Assembly: GCA_001643675.2 (NCBI GenBank)
Contig: LSRY02000024.1
Location: forward strand, 1,116,001-1,180,000
Direction: 5' to 3'
Origin: Monocercomonoides exilis PA203
Taxonomy: Eukaryota; Protista; Preaxostyla
Length of the DNA stretch: 64,000 bases
The notes below the pieces were generated by a model. The model was not told the origin of the DNA. It did not search any database and was given only the letters and a program-made list of their open reading frames with translations. Shown in pieces: positions 13,260 to 25,064 of this stretch. Numbering within the stretch: position 1 is the stretch's first letter; the number at the start of each line of letters is the position of its first letter. A program made the translations under genes and the position numbers.

Positions 13260-14150
13260 AGCAGTCACGCAAAGAAATGGGAAAAGATAGCATCTGTGAT
13301 TTGCGAAATTTTGAGAAAATAACTGTCGATATTACTAACTCACAAATCTCAGCCCACTCAACCCAAGCGCCTCCGCAACCAGCGGCGCCATTGCTTCTTC
13401 CAGCTTTCCCTGGTTCTCTTTGATTCTCAACACAAACTATCAATGCGCTGTAAAATACTCGCCTTTTTCCTCATTTCCATCACCTCCTTCTCTCCCTCCA
13501 TTTTCTTCTCCATTTTCTTCTCCCTCTTCTCCCTCTTCTCCCTCTTCTCTCTCTCCTCCAGCACCTTCACGCTCCTCCAACACCACCAGCACAATTGTTG
13601 TTGGTGATAGTACCACATCCTCCATCCTCAGCCCCATCGCTTTCTGACCCTTCTCCACAATCTCTTCCATCCTTCATGCAACATCCATTATCTGCACAAC
13701 TTCTTTGTTCAGCTTCACCACAAGAAGTTTCAACAACTTTTAATGGAACTCCAGTTGTGCTATCATTGATTCCAGCAGAGACTGGTCAAACAGATCAGAA
13801 GATTGACTGGAATGGAAGTCGCATCTGCGAACGCAAAGATATGCTTGCACCCTGACTACGCGCCTGTCCATGCAGAAAGTGAGAGGAGTAGAGATACATG
13901 CAGGACTGTAAATGTGTAAAAGAGGGACACAACATAACCCCTATGACATCTTAATCTTAATCAGAGACAGCTTCTTGGGCTTTGCATGCAACACACCGTT
14001 TCTGGAACTATCATCAACAGACGTCACTGCTGTCCAAAACGGAGCTACTTCTGCAATGCATCTGAAGGATTGACTGTGGATGAGAGAATAATGAAGATCC
14101 TTTCTCTAATATTGTAACTTCCTTCTTCTCTTCGCTTCTCCTCCTCCAGA
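13260..14150. other. GC-richer, coding-like degenerate segment of unknown origin
   Basis: GC is higher than in the flanks and there is a purine/pyrimidine tract, but I found no long open frame and no recognisable domain. Confidence 0.3.
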
Positions 14151-14604
14151 ATGGTGAAAAAGAACAGAAAGAAATTTAGATTATATTGATTTAACATTCA
14201 AAAAATGCTAAAAAAAGTGATATTATCAATAATATTAAATTAATGAATAAATAAAATTTTTAGTGCAAAGGTTTTAAAGTCAAAGTGATTTATATATGCT
14301 ATCTGAAAGATCCTGTTTTTATGTTTATAATTATTATTTTTTTATTTATTGAATTTTTCCTTTTTGAGCTTTTTGAAGATTTTGAAATACATCAATTTGC
14401 TTGTCATGGTTTCAAAAATGATAATGAAAAATGTTCGCTTTGTTTTGTTTTGTTTTTATAAGAACAATTTTCTGTGGAACGGTTCATCAATTAAAATTGA
14501 TAAAAAAACTAATCAACACTTATTCTGCAAAATTTTGTTGTGGGATTCTTATTTAAGGCAATGAAAACACACAATTTAGTGGCTAAAAAATATAAAAAAT
14601 ATCA

Positions 14605-15032
14605 ATGAAGTACGCAGCAGCATTACTTTTATCTCAAGTCGGTGGAAAAACACATCCAAAGAAAGCAGATATAATCAACATATTGAAGGCAGCAGGTGCT
14701 GAGGTTGATGAAGCCAGAGTTGCCGATTTGATTTCAAAAGTCGGAACGAAAACTGGACAGGAAATCTTAGATGATGGTCTGAGGAAGATGGCTGCAGCGT
14801 CATTCGCAGTTGCAGCTGCTGCTCCATCAGCTTCCGCTTCATCAGCTGCTGCAGCACCAGAAAAGGAATCAAAGAAGGAAGAGTCAAAGAAGGAAGAAAA
14901 GAAGGAGGAGGAGGAGGAAGAGTTCGAAGGGGTTTGTTTTGATTATGTTTTTGCTTTGTTTAATTATTTAAATTTTTATTTTTTTGAATTACATTTTTTT
15001 TTCTAAAGGGAATGTTTGATTTGTTTGGCTAA
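14605..15032 (+). CDS. RPLP2: 60S acidic ribosomal protein P2, 2 exons (intron 14932-15008)
   Basis: MKYAAALLL start, Ala-rich hinge and acidic tail. The spliced C-terminus reads EEEFEGGMFDLFG*. Confidence 0.93.
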
Positions 15033-15419
15033 GTATTTTACGCTGTGCGCTGTACAATTTATTCCATTTCATTCATTTTATTTTTTAAGAAAAAAATCAA
15101 AAAAGAAAAAGAAAAAAATAAAAATGAATGAAATGAAAATAATTCTCTTTTTTTTTTTTTTTTTTTGAAATATACAAATTTTTTTTATAAATTTCTTTTC
15201 AAATAAATAAACAATTCAAAAAATGATGAAGTTTAGAAATTGTGTTAAATCAATGGTATTGCTATCAAAACACATTTGAGCTTGTTTCATCGTTGTCAAA
15301 GTCTCTTAGTTCATGAGCCTTATCAATATCATCTCTCTCATTGTTTACCCTTTCCTCACTGCCCAGAACCTCTCTGCTACCACCTTCTTCTCCTCCACTT
15401 TCCAAATCACCTGACAGCA

Positions 15420-17248
15420 TGCAAGCAGCTTCTGTGAACGAGTCTTCCTTCGACTTCATGACAAGCATCATTCAGAAAGATAATTCAATTTTTGGACATG
15501 ACAGAACACAAATGTTAAGCGATTGGGATGTGGACCTGTTTATATTTCTGGATGGATACTTTGATGATACAATATACGTGGATGGAACATCTGGAGTGGA
15601 GAAGGTGTATTGTTGAATGGAGAGGGCACCATGCTTGAGTGTGAATTATGGAATGGAGCGCTCGAAGAGAACACAGAATGCAAAAGAGGAGATTATTCTG
15701 AGTGCAAAATCGACGGTAGCTGGATGTGTGGATGTGAGAGGAGTGCATATAAAAGCAAAAGAGGAGGAAACGATAAGAATCGAATGCCAAAGAGAAGTGA
15801 GTGGATCTGAAGGAGAGAGCGTTCTGAAGTCAACATCTCTGACGGAAATAGAGTTTATTGGGATTGTCGTTCCATCGAGTTTTAGCAGAACAATCACATC
15901 AGTGATTGAGTCAAGCAGTACAAATGGGGAGTTGTGCATAAAGAACTGTGAGATGAGTGTGGTTGGGGGAAAGGAAAACACAATTGGATTTTCACTGATC
16001 AAATCAACTGGGAAAATGATTGAATTGGAGTTAATGAAGATTTCAGAAGTGAACTTAACAATTTCGTTTTTTTCATTTTCTCTTTTATCCACAAATGTGA
16101 ATGAACATGAATACAAAGTGAAACTGTTGAATTGCGCAATGGATGAGAACAGTTTGGATGAATCCTCATTTGGTGAATCTTTGTTGATGATTTCTTCTTC
16201 TGTTTTGTTTGAAAACAACAACTTTTCAAACATTGTGAATTCGGGAAGTGGAGAAGAAGGAGGCGTTGCAAAAGCGACGTTGCAAGGGAATGGAAAAATG
16301 GAAATTGAATTAACAAATGCGTCATTTTGCACACTTTCAGCAGGGAGTGGGAAAGGAGGATTCTTGTATCTGGATTGCCAAAATTGTTTGAATGAGAAGC
16401 CATTTCTTTTTGAAAACGTCTCGTTTGCAAACAACAATGCAGCCATTGGAAAGAATATGTTCATTTTGGGAAATGATTTATACAGTTCTGTGACAAATGA
16501 TTCATTCAAGTTCGATTATTCCTCAATGAAGGATGATAAAACTCTATATGTGGGAAGTGATTGCAGGTATGAAGAAAAGGATTTGTTCATGTTTCTGATT
16601 CCATACAGCTCCTATGAGATATTTATCTCATCGAATGGATTTGATGTTGCAAGATGCGGAAGTGAGGAAGAACCTTGCTTCACGATGTGGAAAGGGATGG
16701 AAAACATGAAAGATGGAAATGCAATGAAAACAATTCAAATTGAAGGATCAACTGTTATTCGAGATTCATATGACCTATCCAATTATCAGATCAAAAAGGC
16801 TTTTTCGATGGGAGAAGAGAATGTGAAAGCAATATTGAATTTTGAAAAGTCAATTGGAACCCAACTGGAATATTTCATGGGAAATGATGATCATTTTGAA
16901 TTGACAAAAATCCAACTGCAACTGTCAACTGGATTTGACAACTCAGCCAAAACAATTATTTCGAACAGAAATGGAGATTTGATGATAAGTGGATGCTCAT
17001 TCCATTCAGAAGCTGGAGTGAACAATGGATTTAATTGTGTGTTTGTGGTTGCGATTGGAGGCAGAGTGGAAGTGAATGGTTTGTCGATGGAATCATGCAA
17101 TGTTGGAAACAGTATTTTTGCCATTCATGATTCTGGAATTACTTGCCATTTTGTGAATATTCGAGTGGAATCGTTGAATGAAAGCAGAGGATGTCTTCTT
17201 CTGATCAAAGGAACTGAATTAACAACAAAGATAAATGAAGAAAATTAA
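15420..17248 (+). pseudogene. Truncated fragment of a large repeat-containing surface-protein-like family (CGxxxxPC repeats, beta-helix-like)
   Basis: Two internal repeats: DLFIFL..TIYVDGTSG..YC*MERAPC and DLFMFL..EIFISSNG..RCGSEEEPC. An in-frame TGA at 15614-15616 replaces the Gly of CG. No convincing start and an abrupt end. Confidence 0.75.
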
Positions 17249-17589
17249 ATAGTAAATATCTATATTCGCAAATAAGCAAAAGGTTTCATGTTGGATACAT
17301 ATTTTTAACAATGAAAATAATTCTAATTTCTTGTTAAATAATAAGCATTCAAATGTTTAAGTTCAACTCATGAAGAAATTTGTTTTGAAATGAAGAATTT
17401 TGTGAAAAAATCCATCAGAAAACTGTTTTTAATATTGTTTTCACTCAACGGTTATTTTTTTTTTTTTTTTTTGACACAAATCAATTTTGGACTTTTTCTT
17501 CAATAAAAAAATTTTTTAATATTTCAAAGTCATCAGCTCTTGAAAATTTTTGTTTTATTATTATTTTTTTATCAAAAATTTGTGGATAG

Positions 17590-17990
17590 GTAACCAAGAT
17601 TTCTTTTTTGGTTGTAACCAATTCGGCCATTCAAAATAATTTCTCCTTGAAGCATAATAATGTCGCAGTCTTTTCGATATCGATTATTCACTTGATAATC
17701 ATTTTTCTTCTGTCAGAGGCTATCATTTTTTGTAAATCATTGTGTTCCTCTATCCACAAAAATTTCCTTTTCCTCTGAAGTTTTCTGAACGTTGTTCGTA
17801 AAGGACGTACAACTCCATAATCAAACTTATTTGATTCAAAAATTTTCACAGAGTAAATATGAAACTAAACATTTTCAAAATAAAACCAACGCTGAATAGC
17901 AAAGATGAGATGGATGTCCTTCAATAATTAGAAAACCAGGAGAATGAAGTGGAATAAATCGAAGCTAACTGCGTATTGATATCATGAACA
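17590..17990 (-). mobile_element. Decayed pogo-like (DDE_1) transposase relic
   Basis: The minus strand reads GFLIIEGHPSHL and FDYGVVRPLRTTF, matching LLLLDSHSS and PLDRGVFAVLK in the intact transposase at 58-60 kb. Contains stops. Confidence 0.65.
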
Positions 17991-18056
17991 AAAATGAAAT
18001 ACATAAAAAATCGAAGGCATTACAATATATGTGTGTTTAATTTTGAAATCATATGA

Positions 18057-20079
18057 GTGATTATTTTTGAAATCATAACTTTTTTCGCGGCATTAGTAAT
18101 TCTAAAAATTTGTTTCTTGGAAGAGGAATTATTCTTTTGAAGGAAAAAAAAGCATAATAATTGTATGAAAAAACAATATTCGAGAACGTATTTTAAAAAA
18201 ACAATCTTTTGAGCAGCAATAACTTTTCAGGATCGATTAATCTGCATTTTAAGTGAAGACTCAGACCGAAATGTTTGATTGAAAAAATATGGATTCAAAA
18301 ATAATTACATATATGGGGGATAATACGTTCTTTCAAGCTTTTTTTGCACAAGGCATTGAAAAATTGCATCACTCATAACTTTATTTCACTTTCTCATATT
18401 TCCTATAAATTTTGATTTTCATATCCTAAAACAAGCATCGTTGAAATCAAAACATAAAGTTTTCCAATATTTCACGAATGTCAAAAAAATGAACCTATTT
18501 TTAATATGTTCTTTGATATAAAAAAGTCAATGAAAAGTGCATAATTTTTCAATGAAAATGCCTGAAGAAAAATATTTTGCCCCATATTATTTCTATGAAA
18601 TATTCTATTTCAAAAATTCGTGTTCAATGTTTGGAAAAAAACGTTTGAAAAAAACAACATGCTTTCAAATAAGCATTTATCTTTCTTTGATCTCGAACAT
18701 TGGCTTTTTATCTTTTTTTAATGCATTTGTCTTTTCGTCGAAAAATTTCTTTTTTAAAAACATAAAATCAAATTTATAATCAATATTTCCAAAAAAGTTA
18801 AGGAAAAAAAAAATAATCGCACATATTGCACTTATCGTACATCGTATTTCCAAAAATTTTTGCATTTCTCTCCGATAAATTTAACGAAATGTTAGATATA
18901 TAAAAAAATGATTTTTTCAACAATATTTAATTATTCCAAGGAGAATTTTGGAATATCCATAAAAAACAATGTCTTTTTATTTTTTGATTTTAAACAGATG
19001 AAAGAAATTGCGTATTTTCAAAAAATAACTTTAGTTATTTAGTTAAATGAAGCTCCATATAAAAGGCGGCCCTGGCTCGTCAACTGGAAATTGCAAAAAT
19101 TCGATCAAGGAGCCCTGAATGTGTGACAAATTGGTTTGAAGAAGCGAAAGGAATAATTGAGGATAACAATATCGAAGTTTCCTTTTTTTAATTTTGACGA
19201 ATCTTTTATGAAGATCGGAGAAAGTTCTTAAAAATTATAGATATGTTTGAAAGACCAGATCCATCCTTCTTTTCCTGGACATCGAAAGACTTCCAATGAA
19301 ACTCTTTGCGTTTTCGTATATTCGTATGTTCTTGTCTTCATCATTTTTTGCTTCATCCAATGAAAAAAAACCTGAAGAGTTTTAATGTTATAAAATTTTT
19401 TGTTAACATTATATATTTGTGATTATTTTTGATTTCATGCCTTTTTTAAACAAAAATTGCGGTTCGAAAATTTCCCTCAATTATTTACAAAAATACACTG
19501 AAATTTGATATTATAGTTAGTGTTAATAATGGTGGACACTTTCAATAACTATGGACAGCTGCATTATCTCAACAACCGTTGATTGTTGCTTTTTGACAAT
19601 TAACCCGATAATTCCCTCGATGAATGTGAACTATTACGAATCGTTTTTTTCATTCACATATCACCATAATAATTTTTTAATAATTAATTATTATTTTCGG
19701 AGAAACTTGAATAATCTTATTTCTTCGAGTTTCTCCGAAAATCAAAAATGTCTTTTATAATATTCCAGAGAGAAAGTCATTAGATTTCTGTATGTTTTAT
19801 AAGTTTGTATTCATTGGGGGAATAATTGGGTTAATTATTTTTTGCAACTATCATCGGTTGTTGAGAAAATGCCACTGTCCACAGTTATTGAAAGTGTCCA
19901 CCATTATAAACACAAACTATAATTATTGAAGTCACCTTCATCTTTGTATTAACAAAAACATTTTGTGTTTAAAACAGTTGTGATATGTTTTCAATTTGAA
20001 TTCAAAACCTCCATCCAATTAAAACAACGTTTGAAAAATCAACATCCCGAAAAAAGGTTATGATTTCAAAAATAATCAC
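18057..20079 (+). mobile_element. Internally deleted pogo-like element with inverted repeats
   Basis: GTGATTATTTTTGAAATCATAAC(C)TTTTTTCG occurs at 18057-18087 and inverted at 20048-20079. An internal relic at ~19060-19320 reads ARQLEIAKIRS..VTNWFEE..FNFDES, with a frameshift and stops. Confidence 0.75.
19514..19919. mobile_element. MITE (~406 bp) with ~110 bp imperfect TIRs and TA target duplication
   Basis: TA|TAGTTAGTGTTAATAATGGTGGACACTTTCAATAAC... pairs with ...GTTATTGAAAGTGTCCACCATTATAAACACAAACTA|TA. No coding capacity. Confidence 0.9.
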
Positions 20080-20457
20080 ACGCCTGTATTTTTTACAAGA
20101 TTTTTTTTTTTTTTTATGTCTCATTCATGATGATGTTGAGTAAAGTTTAAAAAATATTTTCTTGAAAACCAGAAAGAGCAAACATAAAACATAAAATATA
20201 AAGTGTAACAGTTTATTTATTTATTTTTAAATTTGTGTTCGTTTTACAGAAATTTTTTCAAAAGTTTAATGTTTAAAATAAAATGAATAAACAGCACAAT
20301 TTTCCTCTTCAAAAGACAATAACGACTTATTTGCATATTTTTTAAATAATAATAATATAACAAAAATAACATAAAACACTCAAAATAAATTTCAACAAAT
20401 AAGATTAAAATTTAAAAATTATTTCCTTTTTTCTAATTTAATCTGATCTGAAATTTT

Positions 20458-21071
20458 TCAACCTTTGTGTACTGATTTTTGACGTTTAGAAAGAGTTACA
20501 AATGAAAGAAGCGAAGTCGCAAATTCCATCAATTGTGTTGATGACGTTTTAGATTGCTCCGTAATTGATGCTTTCGTGGTTTCAACGATCCACATATCAA
20601 TTGGTGATTGGATTGAACCGTCTTGTTCATCTTTCCCAATTGATTTGATACTTGATAGATCTTTCTTTTTTTCAACTGCTAAAGGAGAATAAATTGAAAT
20701 GCGTATTCCAGATGGATGAATAAATTCAACTCCAATTCGAATCATTTCATAATCATATGAAAATCCTGTTGCTTCAAGGAAAGAGATGGGATCTCCTGTT
20801 CGAAAAGTAAATTGCTCGATTGGAAATAATGATATATCCCTTTCAACAGTAGTGTCACGTCCCAATGAAATTAATTTCCATGTAGAAGCAAGATTTGATT
20901 TCCCCTGATACTTTAATGCTTCCAGATCTTTTTCAGAACACTCAAAAAGAATCTTCGAATGTATCAATCTAGACAAATAATAAGTACAACCATCGTCTGC
21001 AAAAAAATAGATACATATCTTCAAAGAGTAAGGAAAGTTTTAAAACATAAAATGATGGATGCCTTTGACAT
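20458..21071 (-). CDS. MED18: Mediator subunit Med18-like, 2 exons (intron 21046..20997)
   Basis: FLEATGFSYDYEMIRIGVEF matches the Med18/Srb5 core, and the size is ~190 aa. A 50-nt GT-AG intron joins MSKASIILY in frame. Confidence 0.75.
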
Positions 21072-21231
21072 TTTTCAAATAAATACGATGTTCCACAAAA
21101 TTTTTTGCTTCATTTCCCGTATATGAAGTTAAGCAAGCAATAAAATCAGATCTTATTTCATCTGGGATTACGCCTTCCAGCAAACAAAGAACAGTCATAA
21201 AAGGACTAATTTGCTTGTGGTTATTTTGATC

Positions 21232-23583
21232 ATGAAATTTTCATTTTGGAGCTGTTTTTCAACATTTCTTGTACCTTTGTATGCTTATATTAAGGCGCAT
21301 ACCCTGAAGCAAATCAATGCTAATTTATATAATCGAGAATTGTTTTTTGCACAAATTTCAATTGTTTGTTGTTTGGGAACGTTTATAAATGGATATTTAT
21401 TGAATTGCAAGATTTATACTCAATGCGTAATTTGGGCAGTTCTTTTTGTAATTTCTCATATTATTTCTTTTCCCCATTCGTCGTTGGTATTGGTGTTTTT
21501 ATGTTGTGATATTTTCAATTTATTTATGAAAACATATTTTTCTTCGGTACTTTCCGTTGGAGAATGCTTGATAATTACCCTACTTCACGTTCGTCCATTT
21601 ATTTCACTTTTTATTATTCCTTATTCTTGCTTATTTAATAAATTATGTATTTTCATTCATAAAGGAATTTTCAAGACGAATCTCCATTTCCAGAGCATTT
21701 TTCATTTTCACTTTTTTCCTTCAACCGTCTTTGAATTATCATTTATGATCATACCTTTTGTAACACTATTGTTATTCCATTTATCTTATGAGTTTCTTCG
21801 AAACGCGGGCTACAATCGCAACCTGCTATTACGTGTTGTTTTTGTAGTGATCTTCATTTTATGCATTTCGTTTGCTGTATGCGCAATAACTTGTAAATTT
21901 TTTACAACATTCTCAACAGTTCAATCAATATCTACATTATTATCTCAATGGAAGCAAATTATTTGGATAGCGATTTTTTGGATTTTGAATGCTTGTATTA
22001 TCTTGTTCTTTGGCACAAAGATGGAGAGGACCACAAAATCAGAAAAGCCACTCACTACAAGTTTTGATTACGATACGATGTTTCATTCATTCACGAGATC
22101 ATTTTTCAATACGTTAAGATCATATCACGTAAAAAGGAAATTCTATCATTTAATAGCTTTGTGCTGTATTTGCTTTCCTTTGCTTATATCAGAGACTTCG
22201 AGCCAATCATTGTCTACGGCAACGTTTCTTGTTAGCACAGCGACTGGAGTCATGATGGGAGTATTTATTTCTGTGAATGTTTTTTCAGTCTTGCTGGAAA
22301 GGAAATTAAACCGTGAAAAAGCTGGAAAATTTCTGAAGAAAGCACAAGCCGAAGAAGCATTTGAAATAATTAACGAAGATGAAAGAGCAACAGCAAGCTG
22401 CGTTCACAAGAAATTCAAAGGGCGCACAAAAAAAAGCGATGAAAAGATTGACTCAACTCCTCCTGCTTCAACTGATTCATGTTCACATTGCCCATTGTCA
22501 ACACTTCACTCAACAATCTCTGCTTTCCTCACATCTCTTCTCGACAGCCGCGATCTGCCTTCGTTTCCTCTTTCGCACATCTTCCTTCTCTTTGGGTGCG
22601 TCTGCTCTTTTTTGCTTTCTGCTGATCTGTTGGCTGCTTCACCCCAGAGCAATTGGCATCTTCTGTTCACAACAACAGATAAAATAAAAAATTTTGCTAA
22701 TCCTTTTTTCGCTCCGCCATTTTCTACACCTGTTTCTTTTGTTTGGGAATGGGAAAAATTATATTCGTCTTTTTCCAACAAAAATGAAAACACAATCAAA
22801 GATGACAAAGAAAATGAAATAATAGACAATATTCAAGAATCCAAGTTGAAGAAATTTGTTGAATCTTCTTCTCCTTCTTCACTGCAACCACAATTCACAT
22901 CGCTTTCTTCTTCTTCTTCATCCTCTTCCTCTTCTTCAATTCACCACTCCCCGTCAACGGATATTAACCCCTTCACAAAGTACATTCCATTTATTCTTCT
23001 TCGAATCAGTGGTGTTGTCATTTTGGGTGTTGGCGACGCAGCAGCTGCGTTTGTTGGCATTTTTCTATCAAACTTTGAAGACTCACAGAAAAAGAGAGCG
23101 TCTGCTTTATCTGAGGAGAAGAATGAACCAGATGAAAACAACAATAAATACGAGAATAACAGAACTCAATTAAATCAACCACAAGCTGAGAACAATTCAA
23201 ATTCCCCACATTCGCTTCTTGAAACGGATGCCTCAAGTAAATCACGTGAAAGAAATAGAACTCAAAACAGAGTGACTTTTCATTGCCATCGTCATGTTTG
23301 GCCTCATACTCAGAAATGTGTGGAAGGAACCATAGCTGCCGTTATTTCATCCATGCTATGCTTCTTCCTCTTTCTTTTGATTGATTATTATTTCTTTTCA
23401 TTGAATGTCCCATCAAATAGAATTTCTTCTCCGATTTCACAATGCTTTGAAGCTGTTTTCTTGAATTGGAAATTGTGGCTATCTGTTATTATCGTATTTC
23501 TTGTTGAAGCATTCACTCCTTTAAATGACAATCTTGTTTTATCGCTTGTTTCGAACATAGCTTCACTTCTTGCTTTATTTTAG
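21232..23583 (+). CDS. DOLK: Dolichol kinase (Sec59/DOLK), multi-pass membrane protein with hydrophilic insertions
   Basis: Has RKFYH, DSRD..LSHIFLLFGC, GVGDAAAAFVG, WPHTQKCVEGT and EAFT..NDNL. Confidence 0.9.
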   Translation: MKFSFWSCFSTFLVPLYAYIKAHTLKQINANLYNRELFFAQISIVCCLGTFINGYLLNCKIYTQCVIWAVLFVISHIISFPHSSLVLVFLCCDIFNLFMKTYFSSVLSVGECLIITLLHVRPFISLFIIPYSCLFNKLCIFIHKGIFKTNLHFQSIFHFHFFPSTVFELSFMIIPFVTLLLFHLSYEFLRNAGYNRNLLLRVVFVVIFILCISFAVCAITCKFFTTFSTVQSISTLLSQWKQIIWIAIFWILNACIILFFGTKMERTTKSEKPLTTSFDYDTMFHSFTRSFFNTLRSYHVKRKFYHLIALCCICFPLLISETSSQSLSTATFLVSTATGVMMGVFISVNVFSVLLERKLNREKAGKFLKKAQAEEAFEIINEDERATASCVHKKFKGRTKKSDEKIDSTPPASTDSCSHCPLSTLHSTISAFLTSLLDSRDLPSFPLSHIFLLFGCVCSFLLSADLLAASPQSNWHLLFTTTDKIKNFANPFFAPPFSTPVSFVWEWEKLYSSFSNKNENTIKDDKENEIIDNIQESKLKKFVESSSPSSLQPQFTSLSSSSSSSSSSSIHHSPSTDINPFTKYIPFILLRISGVVILGVGDAAAAFVGIFLSNFEDSQKKRASALSEEKNEPDENNNKYENNRTQLNQPQAENNSNSPHSLLETDASSKSRERNRTQNRVTFHCHRHVWPHTQKCVEGTIAAVISSMLCFFLFLLIDYYFFSLNVPSNRISSPISQCFEAVFLNWKLWLSVIIVFLVEAFTPLNDNLVLSLVSNIASLLALF

Positions 23584-23798
23584 TTAAAAATTTAGAATAA
23601 CTTTCAATTTTGGTTGCATTTGTTTTTGAAGAATTTTTAAATTAGATCTTATATCCATAAAGTATTTTTCTTGAATAATTTTGGAAAAAGAATTTCCTTT
23701 GTGCAGTTAAGCGGAAAAGGTATTGACATTTAAAAGTTTTAGTGATTATCAAAAGAATAACTAAAAATTTTTAAAAGAGGCAAAAGCATTTTTTGAAC

Positions 23799-25032
23799 AT
23801 GACCACGCCGAGAATATCTTTTCAAAAAGATGATATTCTAAAGCTTCAACGTGAATTCTTAGCGTTCAAAGATATGCCTCATAAAACGAGCCGCAAGAAT
23901 TTACCTTCAAAACAGAAGAAAGTTCCATCGCTGGATTTTCTCGATGAATTTGTATGCGATTTATTCAATGTGTAAATAAAGTGTTTATTTATTGGGAAAT
24001 TAGGAAGAAAAATTAAAGGCTCGAAAAACAGAGTTTAAAGACGAAATTAAAAATCATTCAGAATTGCTTTCTGAACAGAAAAGGACTCTTCGCGAGCAAG
24101 ACCAGGAGCTGATGGAAATACAAATTCATCAGCAGTTGCAAGAAGAGCCTCCTCAATACCAACAATCATTTGAAACTGATAGGAATTTTGATCAAAGAGA
24201 TTTGATTGATTCGCAACAATTTCTATCTAAGACTGGGGAAGTGATGCATCAGCCATTCAATCAGTCTTTAACACAATTTCCAATGTCTCAAACAACTCCT
24301 ATGAGTCAGCATCAGTTAGCCCAAACTCCCCAGCAATTAGCAAACGGGTTCAATACTCCAAGTACTTCTTTCGCCTCAGGAGGGTTTCCACAAACTCCGT
24401 ATTACCCGATGTATCCTCCTCTCCCGTTTCAGCAAATGATGCCATTTCAATCTCCATATCAGCCAGGATATCCACTTCAACAAACACCTCAGCCTCCTTT
24501 CGCTTCTTCTCCTTATGCATTGCCACCACAGCAGCAACAGCAATTGGCAATGTCGCAACCTCCGTATATGCCTTTAACTCCATATCATCCATTTTATTTC
24601 TATCCAAACCAAACACAGGCTTCTCCTATGACAGAACCTGCATCTTCTTCACAGCCTTCTTCACAAATGCCTTTGTCTCAACCAGCTTCTTCTGCATCGC
24701 AGGCTCTTACATCTGGGCAGCATCCCTTGATGAATAGCGAAACTTCTCCTTCTTCGACTTCTCGCCGCAGTTTGAGTCATCAAAAAGAAAGAGGGACAGG
24801 CGGGGCAATTGCAACGCCTGCGTCTGACAGAACAGAAACTGCAGATACCTCAGCAGTGCGACAGTCCTCGTCTGCGTCTTCTTCTCTGGACTCTTCTGAT
24901 CATCGCACATCCACCCCGTCCTCTTCTCGCATTTACATTCCTCCTCTCTCTTTGCCATCTGAAGAAGCACTTCCATTGCAGATATCTTCTCCCACTTCAT
25001 CATCTGCATCACCATCACCATCACCATTACCG

Positions 25033-25064
<32 letters not shown>

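Noticed and set aside
15614-15616. In-frame TGA stops in otherwise open frames (also at 61601), suggesting stop-codon recoding or selenocysteine
   Set aside because: They replace different expected residues (Gly in CG, Trp in IEGxW), each by a single substitution, and lie in truncated or frameshifted genes. Intact genes use TGA, TAA and TAG as true stops.
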